A program made the position numbers and the translations under genes. Positions 50,901 to 64,000 of a stretch of DNA of 64,000 nucleotides are shown here, one piece after another. The stretch lies in the NCBI GenBank assembly GCA_020137815.1, contig CM035362.1, positions 5,766,001 to 5,830,000 on the forward strand. The letters are read 5' to 3'. The notes beneath the pieces were generated by a model. That model searched no databases. It saw only the letters and a list, made by a program, of their open reading frames with translations, and had not been told where the DNA came from. Numbering within the stretch: position 1 is the first letter of the stretch; the number at the start of each line of letters is the position of its first letter. Origin of the DNA: Hormiphora californensis (taxonomy: Eukaryota; Animalia; Ctenophora).

Positions 50901-53315
50901 TGGCGGGTCCAATTTTAACTCTCAGTCGTCTACCAAGCTGAATCATTGTGTTCACAAACTCCCTTATCCTAAAGAGAATTAGAAATTGTTGTACACAACG
51001 AAATGAGTAGACTCATTTGTCCAGCTGGAAGGAGAAAACAAAACTTCCTCACTGAATTAGAAACTGTTGTACACAAAACTATCATTTTTCTTTTTTAACA
51101 TCCCTTCTCATGATAGTGTGCCCGTGTAATTATTTTTATATGGCTTACAAGCGACAAGGACTTGAGAAACGACATTCCAATGTCAATTAATTGTTTTAAT
51201 TAGTTAATTAATTGTTACCTTTTCTCATCCCTCTGTAAAAAGATGATGATCCAATTGTCAATGTTTTTAGGAAGAATGGGAGGTGCCTCAACATTAAATT
51301 CACCTTTCTCATCTATCTGTGGGGGTGGAGGAGGGGGTGGAGGAGGGGTGGGGGTGGGGTGGAGGAGGGAGTTAGATATTATATCTTGAATTCTATACGA
51401 ACTGTAACTGTTAAAATGATGGGATTACAAAATCATCAAATGTTTTGTGAAACGTGATCCCAGGAACCGACCGAATTAGGAAATACTGGTCCCTGATTGG
51501 CTGATAACCGGTCACATGACCTAAATAACGAGTTCTGATTGGTTGTTTACATGTGTCAGATCCCCTACCTGAGTTATCTGATCCTTGTGTGCACCAAACA
51601 TGAGCTGTTCATTGTGAATGTGCCGCGCCTCAACCTTCAGTGATTCCTCCTCTGCAAGAGAACATCAAATTGTTAAAATTATTGTAATCATTGTAGCGGG
51701 TTGCCAAGCTAGACTGTGTTTCGGGCGCCCCGCCTCCGAATCACAGGGAGGGTTAGAATATAACAAAGTAGCGGGATAATTTAATCTGGATTCTAGCCTG
51801 TGACACCACTATTAACTCGTAAAATATACGATTAAGTTGACAACAGTACAACCCGAACCTGATGGCCATCTAACTAACCAATTAACTAATTACCCAATTA
51901 CCTATTGATATACTCCACTTCTCAAGTTCAGTCTTGGCCTCCACTGACCCATTAACATTTGATATAAAATCCTGGAGAGATTTCATCCGCTCCGCTGGAT
52001 CTAATCTCGTATGTCTGGATATATCCTTCTTGGCCACGATATCACTTTTAGTGCTCATGGAGAGTCCTGGAAGATATCACTTTTAGTGCTCATAGAGAGT
52101 CCTGGAAGATATCACTTTTAGTGCTCATAGAGAGTCCTGGAAGATATCACTTTTAGTGCTCATAGAGAGTCCTGGAAGATATCACTTTTAGTGCTCATGG
52201 AGAGTCCTGGAAGATATCACTTTTAGTGCTCATAGAGAGTCCTGGAAGATATCACTTTTAGTGCTCATGGAGAGTCCTGGAAGATATCACTTTTAGTACT
52301 CATGGAGAGTCCTGGAAGGAATTTTCAAAGAAATGGAAGATGGGTTGTACCTCTTACGTTTAAATGGTGAGCCCTGGTATCGGTGTCCTATTAAACAGGA
52401 TATAATGACACCACGTTACCACCTAAATATCACAAGGGTGGCCCCTGAGAAAATGATATGTAGAAACTAGAAACGATATATACCTGTTAGTGCACATAAC
52501 TCTGGTACAAGATATATCGTCCTTCTCTCCCCAGATCCACCTCGTGCCTCCTTAGCACTGTGAACAAGTCAATGAGATAGTGTTTATTTGGGACTGCAGA
52601 CAACTCGGAGATTTTATTTTAGGGAAACCATAATCAGTTAGCTGATAATATACTCTGTTTCGTGAAAATGGGACCCATAATAATTCTACTGATCTGAACA
52701 AGACACCCCCTCCGTCGGCAGGTATCCATAACTTACTGATGCACAAGAAGTGACCCCCCCCCCCCCCGACTGGTCCATAACTTACTAATGGTCCATAACT
52801 TACTAATGACCCCCGGCAGGTATCCATAACTTACTAATGCACAACAAGTGGTTGATCCCCCCCCCCGGCTAGTCCATAACTTACTAATGTACTAGAAGGG
52901 GTTGACCCCCCCCCCCCCCCCCCCCGGCAGGTCTATAACTTACTAATGCACAACAAGTGGTTGATCCCCCCCCCCCCCCCGGGCAGGTATCCATAACTTA
53001 CTAATGTACAACAAGGCCCCCTGACAGATATACATAACTTACTAATGCACAACAAGGCCCCCCCCCCGGCTAGTCCATAACTTACTAATGTACAAGAAGT
53101 GGTTGATCCCCCCCGGCAGGTATCCATAACTTACTAATGCATAAGAAGGGGTTGGTCCCCATCCTTGATATGTATCCCATAGGCTGTCCTGTAATACTCC
53201 AAATAACTTGTCTCTACACCCCGTCTATCCGGCACTTTACAGGAGGGTGTTTGGGTCCAATCAATGCCGTCAACCCTGTATGTCTTTGTGTTGTATCTTG
53301 TCATTACAACTTGAC
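41854..53315 (-). CDS. PIWI: Piwi-clade Argonaute (PAZ, MID, PIWI); visible exons approx. 53315-53135, 52557-52484, 52066-51902, 51651-51569, 51316-51219, 50968-50858, 45365-45153, 44643-44541, 44372-44267, 44075-43968, 43256-43149, 42978-42889, 42460-42380, 42012-41854; N-terminal exons apparently beyond 64000
   Basis: Spliced translation gives VMTRYNTKTYRVDGIDW, YLEYYRTAYGIHIKDGDQPLL, YLVPELCALTG, DDRYSAIKQLC, KLGGALWTV, MVVGIDAYHD, VVFRDGISDG, NPLPGTVLD, DFYLVSQ..KGTVSPTHY and YKLTHLYYN..GTVRVP..C.YAHKLA...KLFYL*. Confidence 0.95.
42152..42260. mobile_element. hAT-type MITE (about 110 bp); other copies at 40861-40969, 10899-10998 and 51461-51557 (partial)
   Basis: TIR caggaaccgaccga/tcggtcggttcctg; 8-bp TSD ctacagag. 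The 40861 copy has gatgagac/gatcagac. Confidence 0.85.
43311..43618 (-). mobile_element. Non-autonomous Helitron in a Piwi intron
   Basis: The minus strand starts A|TC and ends CTAG|T, with subterminal hairpins cccggcgaagccggg and gcgcacccaatgggtgcgc. No TSD. Confidence 0.7.
45311..50346 (-). repeat. 88-bp tandem array (about 57 copies) of the Piwi 3' splice site plus the first 56 nt of the exon
   Basis: Sense unit cag|TATGATAGACCGATACCTGGATGACAGCGTTCAAATGGTTGTAACAGTTGTCCCAAgtgtcacaataacaccctctccccctact, encoding MIDRYLDDSVQMVVTVVPS. Confidence 0.95.
52039..52318 (-). repeat. 35-bp x8 array of a Piwi acceptor plus exon start
   Basis: cttccag|GACTCTCCATGAGCACTAAAAGTGATAT repeated; only the last copy continues into the exon. 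Confidence 0.9.
52720..53150 (-). repeat. Degenerate array (about 9 copies) of a Piwi exon end plus donor
   Basis: Sense ..GCATTA|gtaagttatggatacctgccggggg repeated. Confidence 0.85.
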
Positions 53316-53594
53316 CTGGTGAGAGATATTACATATCAGATATTACATTAGGGGGTGTGACCTCAGACCTGAAACGGAGAGGTTAAAACAACTGCCCAAG
53401 TAAACACGCGATGTTGGTAAGTTGCAAGTGTCAGTATACCGACAGAGCTGTGATATGTGCACCACACGTTAACATGTGAAAGCACACAAAATAAATCCGT
53501 GAACGAGAGAGAGAGGAGGGATAACAAATCCGACTCTATGATCATCGCCCGATCATCGTGAAAAACATTTTTGAAAATTTGTGGGCGACTTATG

Positions 53595-56500
53595 CAGGGT
53601 GTGAACTGCATGTCGTGTTTGCTAGTCGCGAGCGCGCTTGCGAGACAAGCAAACACGTCAAGGTTCATTAACAAGCATGCTGCTCAGTCATTTTAGATTT
53701 AATACACAATGTAAGGATACCATGTAATAGGTGAGACTCTTGCCGTCACCCTCGTTCAAGTCCCGTGAAAAACGGAGCAGTACACGCAAACTGATGCCCA
53801 TTTTCCTCGCGTGACCCCGATTCAGCAGTTTGAGACACCAACTCTTTAGGGGGCCATATCTCAGGAACCAGACAAGATAGGAAAAATCGCCGTCTAATGA
53901 GGCGTACAGTTTTTAATCTAGTTTACCACTGTACCGGCCGTTTCACTCTCCGACCTAAAACAAAAATCGCAACCCCACAAAACTTCAAAATAATGAAATT
54001 CGCATCTCGCATGTCGTGTTGCATGTCGTGTCATGTTATTGACGCGCTCGCGTTCAACTCTCACACAGCAGCTGCAGAACATGGCGGGAAACATCGAGGA
54101 GTAGAGAGAGGGTCGGTGCCGAATCAAATATTTCTTGATCTTGATCTACTCCATCTCTCAGCTATCCTACCCCTCATCAACTCGATCTCTCAGCTACCCT
54201 ACCCCTCATCTACTCCATCTTTCAGCTACCCTACCCCTCATCTACTCCATCTTTCAGCTACCCTACCCCTTATCTAGTCCATCTCTCAGCTACCCTACTC
54301 CTCATCTACTCCATCTCTCAGCTTCCCTATTAGGGAAGCATAGAGATGGAAACGATTAGGGGTAGGGAATCCCTATCCATAATCGTTTCCATCTCTATGC
54401 TTCCCTAGCCCTCATCAACTCCATCTTTCAGCTACCCTACCCCTAATCTAGTCCATCTCTCCGCTACCCTACTCCTCATCTACTCCATCTCTCAGCTACC
54501 CTACCTCCCATTTACTCCATCTCTCAGCTTCCCTACCTCCCATTTACTCCATCTCTCAGCTTCCCTACCTCCCATTTACTCCATCTCTCAGCTTACCTAC
54601 CTCCCATTTACTCCATCTCTCAGCTTCCCTACCTCTCATTTACTCCATCTCTCAGGTTCCCTACCTCCCATTTACTCCATCTCTCAGCTACCCAACCTCC
54701 CATTCACTCCATCTCTCAGCTTCCCTACCTCCCATTTACTCCATCTCTCAGCTTCCCTACCTCTCATTTAGTACTCCATCTCTCAGCTACCCTACCTCCC
54801 ATTTACTCCATCTCTCAGCTTCCCTACCTCCCATTTACTCCATCTCTCAGCTTCCCTACCTCCCATTTACTCCATCTCTCAGCTTCCCTACCTCCCATTT
54901 ACTCCATCTCTCAGCTTCCCTACATCCCATTTACTCCATCTCACAGCTACCTTACCTTCCATTTACTCCATCTCTCAGCTTCCCTTCCTCCCATTTACTC
55001 CATCTCTCAGCTACCCTACCTCCCATTTACTCCATCTCTCAGCTTCCCTACCTCCCATTTACTCCATCCCTGCCTCCCATTTACTCCATCTCTCAGCTAC
55101 CCTACCTCCCATTCACTCCATCTCTCAGCTACCCTACCACCCATTTACTCCATCTCTCAGCTTCCCTACCTCCCATTTACTCCATCTCTCAGCTTCCCTA
55201 CCTCCCATTTACTCCATCCCTCAGCTTCCCTACCTCCCATTTACTCCATCTCTCAACTTCCCTACCTCCCATTTACTCCATCTCTCAGCTACCCTACCTC
55301 CCATTTACTCCATCTCTCAGCTTCCCTACCTCCCATTTACTCCATCTTTCAGCTTCCCTTCCTCCCATTTACTCCATCGCTTACCTTCCCTACCTCCCAT
55401 TTACTCCATCTCTCAGCTTCCCTACCTCCCATTTACTCCATCTCTCAGCTTCCCTACCTCCCATTTACTCCATCTCTCATTTATCCTAACATTCCTACCC
55501 CTGAGAGATGGAGTAAATGGGAGGTAGGGAAGCTGAGAGATGGAGTAAATGGGAGGTAGGGAAGCTGAGAGATGGAGTAAATGGAAGGTAGGGTAGCTGA
55601 GAGATGGAGTAAATGGGAGGAAGGGAAGCTGAGAGATGGAGTAAATGGAAGGTAAGGTAGCTGAGAGATGGAGTAAATGGGAGGTAGGGAAGCTGAGAGA
55701 TGGAGTAAATGGGAGGTAGGGAAGCTGAGAGATGGAGTAAATGGGAGGTAGGGTAGCTGAGAGATGGAGTGCTAAATGAGAGGTAGGGTAGCTGAGAGAT
55801 GGAGTAAGTAAATGAGAGGTAGGGAAGCTGAGAAATGGAGTAAATGGGAGGTAGGGAAGCTGAGAGATGGATCAAATGGGAGGTAGGGTAGCTGAGGGAT
55901 AGAGTAAATGGGAGGTAGGGTAGCTGAGAGATGGAGTAAATGGGAGGTAGGGTAGCTGAGAGATGGAGTAGATGAGGATAGCGGAGAGATGGACTAGATT
56001 AGGGGTAGGGTAGCTGAAAGATGGAGTTGATGAGGGCTAGGGAAGCATAGAGATGGAAACGATTATGGATAGGGATTCCCTACCCCTAATCGTTTCCATC
56101 TCTATGCTTCCCTAATAGGGAAGCTGAGAGATGGAGTAGATGAGGAGTAGGGTAGCTGAGAGATGGACTAGATAAGGGGTAGGGTAGCTGAAAGATGGAG
56201 TAGATGAGGGGTAGGGTAGCTGAAAGATGGAGTAGATGAGGGGTAGGGTAGCTGAGAGATCGAGTTGATGAGAGGTAGGATAGCTGAGAGATGGAGTAGA
56301 TCAAGATCAAGAAATATTTGATTCGGCACCGACCCTCTCTCTACTCCTCGATGTTTCCCGCTATGTTCTGCAGCTGCTGTGTGAGAGTTGAACGCGAGCG
56401 CGTCAATAACATGACACGACATGCAACACGACATGCGAGATGCGAATTTCATTATTTTGAAGTTTTGTGGGGTTGCGATTTTTGTTTTAGGTCGGAGAGT

Positions 56501-56850
56501 GAAACGGCCGGTACAGTGGTAAACTAGATTAAAAACTGTACGCCTCATTAGACGGCGATTTTTCCTATCTTGTCTGGTTCCTGAGATATGGCCCCCTAAA
56601 GAGTTGGTGTCTCAAACTGCTGAATCGGGGTCACGCGAGGAAAATGGGCATCAGTTTGCGTGTATTGCTCCGTTTTTCACGGGACTTGAACGAGGGTGAC
56701 GGCAAGAGTCTCACCTATTACATGGTATCCTTACATTGTGTATTAAATCTAAAATGACTGAGCAGCATGCTTGTTAATGAACCTTGACGTGTTTACTTGT
56801 CTCGCAAGCGCGCTCGCGACTAGCAAACACGACATGCAGTTCACACCCTG
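53595..56850. mobile_element. 3.26-kb fold-back element (CAGGG termini, 5-bp TSD; hAT5-like) with inverted 32-bp tandem arrays
   Basis: ttatg|cagggtgtgaactgcatg ... catgcagttcacaccctg|ttatg. Mirror ORFs 53897+/56168-. Unit cttccctacctcccatttactccatctctcag; centre at about 55490. Confidence 0.9.
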
Positions 56851-57082
56851 TTATGTGGCAGAACAGACTGATTTCTTTCTCTCTCAGTTAAACCGCAAAC
56901 CGCTGTTTCTCTCTCTCTAGATATATATCTCTCTCTCCCTCCACTCCCAAGTTTCAATATTTCACTCACTACACACTTTTTGAGCTCTACGTCTGTCTAT
57001 ATTTGCTTCAAACAGATCAGAGTACAGCAGACCGGTTTTGATAGCATCCTTCTGAGCTATATGCTATACTATCTATAGATCT

Positions 57083-57330
<248 letters not shown>

Positions 57331-57456
57331 GAGAGGAGAGAGAGAAGAGAAGAGAGAGAGAGAAGAGAGAGAGAAGAGACGTGGAGTAGATATCTTGCTC
57401 TATCTATGTAGCTGATGCGAGCTATCTCTTCTCTCTCTAGCTCTCTTCTATATATT

Positions 57457-57495
<39 letters not shown>

Positions 57496-57835
57496 AAGTT
57501 TCAATTTAATGGTATTCACTACACACTTTTTGAGCTCTACGTCTATCTAGCGCTGCTTCAAAATAGATCAGTTGAACTTTGAGCCTTTCTTTGAGAGACT
57601 ATATGATCTTACTTAGATAACTTTGAGCCTTTCTTTGAGAGGATCTGTCACTGTTAATAATAATAATTATAACTGTTGATAGACTAACAAACAACCGTTG
57701 TTTTATATTTGTAGTCCCTGGATCCCGATTTACCGCTTACTGCGCATGCTGTGGGCGACGTTAAATCAGAAATTTATTTATCACTGTAACTCAAAGCTAA
57801 ACATCTCCATTAGATAACAGAATGTGTTTGTTAAG

Positions 57836-60800
57836 ATGATACGATTCCTTCTCTTCACAGCTGCATTGTGGGAGACAGTGGTTCTCACAGGTTGGTCATC
57901 ACTTATCAACTGTCAATTTATTTGATTTAGTACACAGTTGTACCATAAAGTGTAATTTATTTGATTTAGTACCATCATATTGTTGAATATCTTGTTAAGC
58001 AATGAAAAACGTCCACGTGCACAACCAGTGATAAATACATTATTTCCCTTTAGGCTGGACAGCTGTAGTGCGGAATGATGTTAATATACCCTGGGACCTG
58101 GAGGCAACACCTCTCCAGATAAAGACGGACTCTACACTTGGTAGTGATGAGTTGATCAGTGTGAGGATGTACGGCAAGGACAGCAGCTATATCGGTACTG
58201 TGGTTGTGAGGTTCTCCTCCACAATACAGTATTATATAGGCTACTGCACCACCACCAGGACAGACCTGCCAGTAGAACCCCCGGTTGAGGTGGATAAAAT
58301 CTGGACGATAACCAAAACAGAGACTGCCCTCATCATCACATGCAACAATGTGGAGGTGCTGAACTACCTGTTCCCAGATAGTTCAAATAGCTACTGTGTT
58401 CCACAGTTGGGTGGTGATGTTGTGGAGCAGATCGAGTTCAGCAGTGCTGACACAGCATCTGACTTCTATAAGGGTGCTCCAGGTAAGAATGAAATTCAGT
58501 TTGTACAATGTACCGCCATAATACTGCACAATATATTTGTTGACTAAGGGGCGGACTTACCAACAGTATACAGGGATTGGACGTGTGTTGGTGTTTACTG
58601 TTTGGTTACTGTTTGCTAGAGTATACTCTAGCAATTCGTATCGGGTTATTATAATTTAGATAGATATAGCATTATATGATGCTTGGCTAGGAAAAGAGTT
58701 TGAGTTTGGTTTTCTAGATCCTTGATAAAACTTAAATTCTCTCAGATTGGACAGCTGTAGTGCGGGAAGTGAATATACCCTGGGACTTGGAGACAACACC
58801 TCTCCAGATAAAGACTGACTCTACACTGGGCAGTTATGACCAGATCTATGTGTATATGTACGACAAGGACAGCAGTCATATCGGTTTTGTAACTGTGTGG
58901 TTCTCCTCCACAATGTTGTATTATATAGGCTCCTGCACCACCACCTACACAGTCCTACAACCCCCGGTGGAGGTGGATAAGATCTGGACTATCATCAAAA
59001 CAGAAACCGCTCTCATCATCACATGTAACAATGTTGAGGTGCTGAACTACCTGTTCGCAGATAGTTCAGGTAGCTCATGTGTTACATGGTGGAGTGGTGA
59101 TGTTGTGAAGGAGATCAAGTTCAACAGTGCTGACACAGCATCTGACTTCTACAGAGGTGCTCCAGGTAAAAATGAAAATACTGTATTACTAGCTTGTATT
59201 GCGCAGTATATATGGCCTTGGAGTCATGCATGGTGTTTACTGTTTGGTTATCGCTTTTGGATAACCGTACAATTATATAACCCCAGACACGGCATTATAT
59301 TATTAACACCCGTTGCGAGGGACAGCCTGTTAGTGATTCAAACTCAGACTTCTCCATTCAGATCAAGTCAATTGTCCTGCATTTACTGTTAAAGGATCAA
59401 CACAAGGAAACTGGACTGCCTCACCAACAGGGACAACTGCCACTGTCGACTGTGCTGCCAACCATATCCTTGTGGGAAATGCAACACTGATTTGCCAGGA
59501 GGACGGATCGTGGTCAAGTGATGTACCACAGTGTGATAAAATCAGTAAGTGTACAGGCATGAATAAAATGGCTACATTTTTCGATCGAATACTCCATATA
59601 TGCCCAACCTTAGGTGGACAAAATTAAATCGTGTGTAATGATTCAAACTCAGACCTTATCTATTCAGATCCAGTCGATTGTCCTGCATTTACTGTTAAAG
59701 GATCAACACAAGAAAGCTGGACTGCCTCACCAACAGGGACAACTGCCACCATCGACTGTGCTGCCAACCATATCCTTGTGGGAAGTGCAACACTGACTTG
59801 CCAGGAGGACGGATCGTGGTCAAGTGATGTACCACAGTGTGATAAAATCAGTAAGTGTACAGGCATGAATAAAATGGCTACATTTTTCGATCGAATACTC
59901 CATATATGCCCAACCTTAGGTGGACAAAATTAAATCGTGTGTAATGATTCAAACTCAGACCTTATCCATTCAGATCAAGTCAATTGTCCTGCATTTACTG
60001 TTAAAGGATCAACACAAGAAAGCTGGACTGCCTCACCAACAGGGACAACTGCCACTGTCGACTGTGCTGCCAACCATATCCTTGTGGGAAGTGCAACACT
60101 GACTTGCCAGGAGGGCGGATCGTGGTCAAGTGATGTACCACAGTGTGATAAAATCAGTAAGTGTAGAGACATGTAGAAATGTGCGATACTTTTTCGATCG
60201 AATACTCCATATATGCCCAACCTTAGGTGGACAAAATTAAATCGTGTGTAATGATTCAAACTCAGACCTTATCCATTCAGATCAAGTCAATTGTCCTGCA
60301 TTTACTGTTAAAGGATCAACACAAGAAAGCTGGACTGCCTCACCAACAGGGACAACTGCCACCATCGACTGTGCTGCCACTCACATCCTTGTGGGAAGTG
60401 CAACACTGACTTGCCAGGAGGGCGGATCGTGGTCAAGTGATGTACCACAGTGTGATAAAATCAGTAAGTGTAGAGACATGTAGAAATGTGCGATACTTTT
60501 TCGACCGAGTACTCCATTATATATGCCCAAACTTAGGTCAAAGTGGGAAAAATTAGATCGTGTGTAATGATTTAAACTCAGACTTCTCCATTCAGATCCA
60601 GTCAAGTGTCCTGCATTTACTGTTGAGGGATCGACACAAGGAAGCTGGACTGCCTCACCAACAGGGACAACTGCCACCATCGAGTGTGCTCCCAACCATA
60701 GCCTGGTGGGGAATGCTACACTGACTTGTCAGCAGGATGGATCGTGGTCAAATGATATACCACATTGTGATAAAATCAGTAAGTGTAGAGACATGTAGAA

Positions 60801-61044
60801 ATGTACCATACCTTTTTCAGACCGAATATTCTATAAAAATTGACAGCTAACAAGCTCACATCGCAGAGTGTCCTGCCTATCATAACACACTTGATAATGG
60901 ATCGATAGAAGAGAAATCTTCGGCTATGGATCCCGGGACGACCATTACAATCACCTGCAAGTACAAGCACGTGCTGATCGGTGACGTGGTAACCTGTCAA
61001 GACGATGGAACGTGGAGTGATCTGAATGCTAAGTGTATTCGACT
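57836..61044 (+). CDS. Secreted/surface protein A: signal exon (57836-57890), two about 140-aa WTAV..IPWDLE..PLQIKTDS domains (58054-58482, 58746-59165), five tandem CCP/sushi exons (about 59362-60778) and a further sushi exon (about 60868-61044); 3' end not seen
   Basis: MIRFLLFTAALWETVVLT; phase-1 GT-AG exons; CCP consensus CP....G......GTTATIDC.ANHILVGSATLTCQEDGSWSSDVPQC. Confidence 0.85.
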
Positions 61045-61568
61045 GAGTGAGTTTTAGGGGTGTCAATGATAAATGGGGCCATGGTAGACTAGAAGTACAG
61101 ACGACAACGGACGATAACGATATGTCAAATAAAAGTAGCTGGGAACTTTTATTTGGCAGCTTGACAGACGTTTGAAAAACTGACCGAAATTGAAAAAAAC
61201 CTTTTTCCGACTGAACCGTAGAAGTAAATTTTTGGAAGGTAAAATCTGTCTGTCTCTGTGCCTCTGTCTCTGTTTTTGTGTCTGTTTTTGTGTCTGTTTT
61301 TGTGTCTGTGTCTGTCTCTGTCTCTGTCTCTGTCTCTGTCTCTGTCTCTGTCTCTGTCTCTGTCTCTGTCTCTGTCTCTGTCTCTGTCTCTGTCTCTGTC
61401 TCTGTCTCTGTCTCTGTCTCTGTCTCTGTCTCTGGCCACTCTCTATCTCTGTTTCTGTTTCTGTCTCTGTCTCTGTCTCTGTGACTCTGTCTCTGTCTCT
61501 CCTTCTTTCTCTCTCTCATCTTCAGCTATATCTATCTCCCTCCCTCCACTCCTAACTGGTTTTTCTCG

Positions 61569-61695
61569 TAACACCCTTGTTCCATGGGCAGAATTCGGCA
61601 AGATTTAGGCTGAATTACGCCTTTTATTATCAGGCCCAACGTATGCACAAGGCGTAATTCTGCGGCGTAATTCTGCCCATGGAACAAGGGTGTTA
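61569..61695. mobile_element. Short TIR MITE
   Basis: taacacccttgttccatgggcagaatt ... aattctgcccatggaacaagggtgtta. Confidence 0.65.
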
Positions 61696-61876
61696 GGTCC
61701 CATGCGAGAACATCATCCCCCGGGCAGCATCCCCCGAAGAATTAGAGCAGCATCCCCCGGGCCTGGATCCTGTTGGATCTGAGGGCCCTTCTCTCTATCT
61801 GTCTCTCTCTCTCTACCTCTCTCCCTACCATCCTCAGCTGATAACAACCGCAAAACCGCTGTTTCTCGTAAAAATC

Positions 61877-61924
<48 letters not shown>

Positions 61925-62565
61925 TCTCTCTCTAGCTATCTCTCCCTCCTGTCACTCCCAAGTTTCAATTTAACGGTATTTACTACGCACTTTTTGAGCT
62001 CTGCGTCTGTCTAAATCTGCTTGAAACAGATCAGTTGAGCTATTCCTTTTTAGCGAGGCAATATATTTTTACATATATATCTGCCTCTTTGTTCGTCTCT
62101 CCTCGCCAACTATCTAAGGAACGGCCCGTGCTCATAAGTGGTTAACTGGACTGGACAGGTAACGGCAGTGTTAGAAAGATATTTCTATCAGACCTTCGTA
62201 GTTGTCGCTGCACATGCTATCATCATCCCGGAAGTCATTAGTCATGAATGGAACGTTTTTCAGAACGTTTCAATAAAACAGCTAATCTAATGGGAAAGCA
62301 CGTGTGTACCCGAACGAAATCTTTATTGATTTCGTTGTAGCCTTTCCTGAAGATGTTTCTCAAGCGATATTGCGAAGTTAATGAATTCTTGTCTAAAATT
62401 CTTTTAAGCGTCTTTTATAATATGTATAAGCAAGGATGCAGCTACTATTATGCCAAAAGCTTAGTGTGTCATTAAAACTGGTTCTGGTCGTGAAAATCAA
62501 TGTCGAGATTGACCTGAAATTTTTGAAGGATGTAGTAGATTATTTAACAGAATAGGTGTGCTAAG

Positions 62566-64000
62566 ATGATACGATTCCTTCTTTTCACAGCTGCATTGTG
62601 GGAGACAGTTGTTCTCACAGGTTGGTCATCACTTATTAGCTAAATGAAAAATGTGTATCATAGATATATGCTAATGTCCATGATTCCTGTCTATACGAAC
62701 AGTTGTATTGGGCTATATCTGTTAATTGTAAATCAAGACATATTAATTGCAAAATGTGTACATAAACGTGCACAATACAACTAGTAATTATAAATACATT
62801 ATTTTCGTTTAGAGTGGACATCTGTGGAGCGGAAAGTTAAGATACCCTGGGACCTGGAGGGAAAACCTCTCCAGATAAAGACGAACTCCACACTGGGAAG
62901 TGATGAGAAGATCAAGGTAAACATGTTCGACAAGGACAAGAGCTGGATCAGTTTGGTGGATATGAAGTTCTCCTCCCCAATGCAGTATTGGATAGGCCCC
63001 TGCAGCACCAATTGGGCAGACCTGCCAGTACAACCCCCGGTAAAGGTGGAGCAGATCTGGACGATAATTAAATCAGAGACCGCCCTCATCATCACATGTA
63101 ATGGTATTAAGGTGCTGAACTACCTGTTTGGAGATAGCTGTGTTAAAACGCTGGGTGGTGATGTGGTGGAGCAGATAAATTTTCACACTAATGACACAGC
63201 ATCTGACTTCTATAATGGTGCACCAGGTAAGAATAAAGTTATACCGTGTTTACTGCTGTAATAGTATACTTGTTGAGTATTAGGGGTTGACTTACTCGAC
63301 AACAGGGCTAGGATCACGTGAGTTTACTGTTTAGTTATCGCTGTTGGGTAACCGTATACAACCCCCTAGTACAGTCGGACCCTGATTTACCGGGCAAAAA
63401 CCTTTCCCCCGAGCAACCCGGTAAATCGGGGTCCAACTGCAGTCCCCTTGTTCTCCCATTAAGTGCCCGCAGAGAGGGACATATAGGACAGCCTGCCAAT
63501 AACATGTACCCATGACCCAAGCCGTGTGCAATTCAAACTGACACATTAATTCTATCTCTTATCTCTTTTTAGAACCAGTCGAGTGCCCTGCATTTACGGT
63601 TGAAGACTCGACACAAGGAAACTGGACTGCCTCACCAACAGGGACAACTGCCACCATCGAGTGTGCTCCCAACCATAGCCTTGTGGGGAATGCTACACTG
63701 ACTTGTCAGGAGGACGGAACATGGTCAAGTGATGTACCACAGTGTGATAAAATCAGTAAGTTTAGAGACATGAATAAAATATCTACCTTTTTCGACCGAA
63801 TACTCCATAAAATTTGAGAGCTAATAAGCTCACAAATCACATCTTTTAACCACCACAGTGTGTCCTGCCTATAATAACACACTTGATGGATCGATAGAGG
63901 AGAACTGGTCGGCTATGGATCCCGGGACGACCATTACAATCACCTGCGAGTACAAGCACGTTCTGATCGGTGACGTGATAACCTGTCAAGACGATGGAAC
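62566..64000 (+). CDS. Paralog B of the same family (signal exon 62566-62620, domain exon 62813-63226, sushi exons about 63573-63755 and 63859 onward); runs off the window
   Basis: Same signal exon, domain and sushi exons as gene A. The upstream sequence (about 61845-62040) also resembles that of gene A (about 56890-57020, 57490-57575). Confidence 0.85.

Noticed and set aside
53897-56548. Mirror-image 126-aa ORFs as a transposase
   Set aside because: No transposase motifs; they are simply the two arms of the palindrome.

Overview
Repeat-rich animal genomic DNA. A ctenophore is the likely source; this is an inference from the gene families and the nested-gene architecture. The backbone is three conserved genes: proline dehydrogenase (PRODH, +, 1128-3156), SF3B1 (+, about 28 exons, 3607-40834, first coding exon not found) and a convergent Piwi-clade Argonaute (-, 41854 to at least 53315, N-terminal exons outside the window). 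Their large introns hold antisense nested genes, all for secreted or surface proteins: a single-kringle protein, a frameshifted LDLa-GPCR, a Delta-like DSL membrane protein, a duplicated Cys-rich pseudogene and two CCP/sushi genes. The introns also hold a full-length RTE-like LINE with an HDV-like ribozyme at its 5' end, several large fold-back DNA transposons, MITEs and a Helitron. Four signals stand out. (1) Many introns carry tandem copies of their own exon-intron junction, up to about 57 copies of a Piwi acceptor plus exon start. (2) A fold-back transposon inside a coding exon has TIRs that supply GT/AG sites able to restore the reading frame (Introner-like). (3) A kringle gene may have been captured as cargo between transposon arms. 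(4) A 3' splice acceptor lies just before almost every start codon, suggesting SL trans-splicing. Exon coordinates were read by eye and may be off by a few bases.
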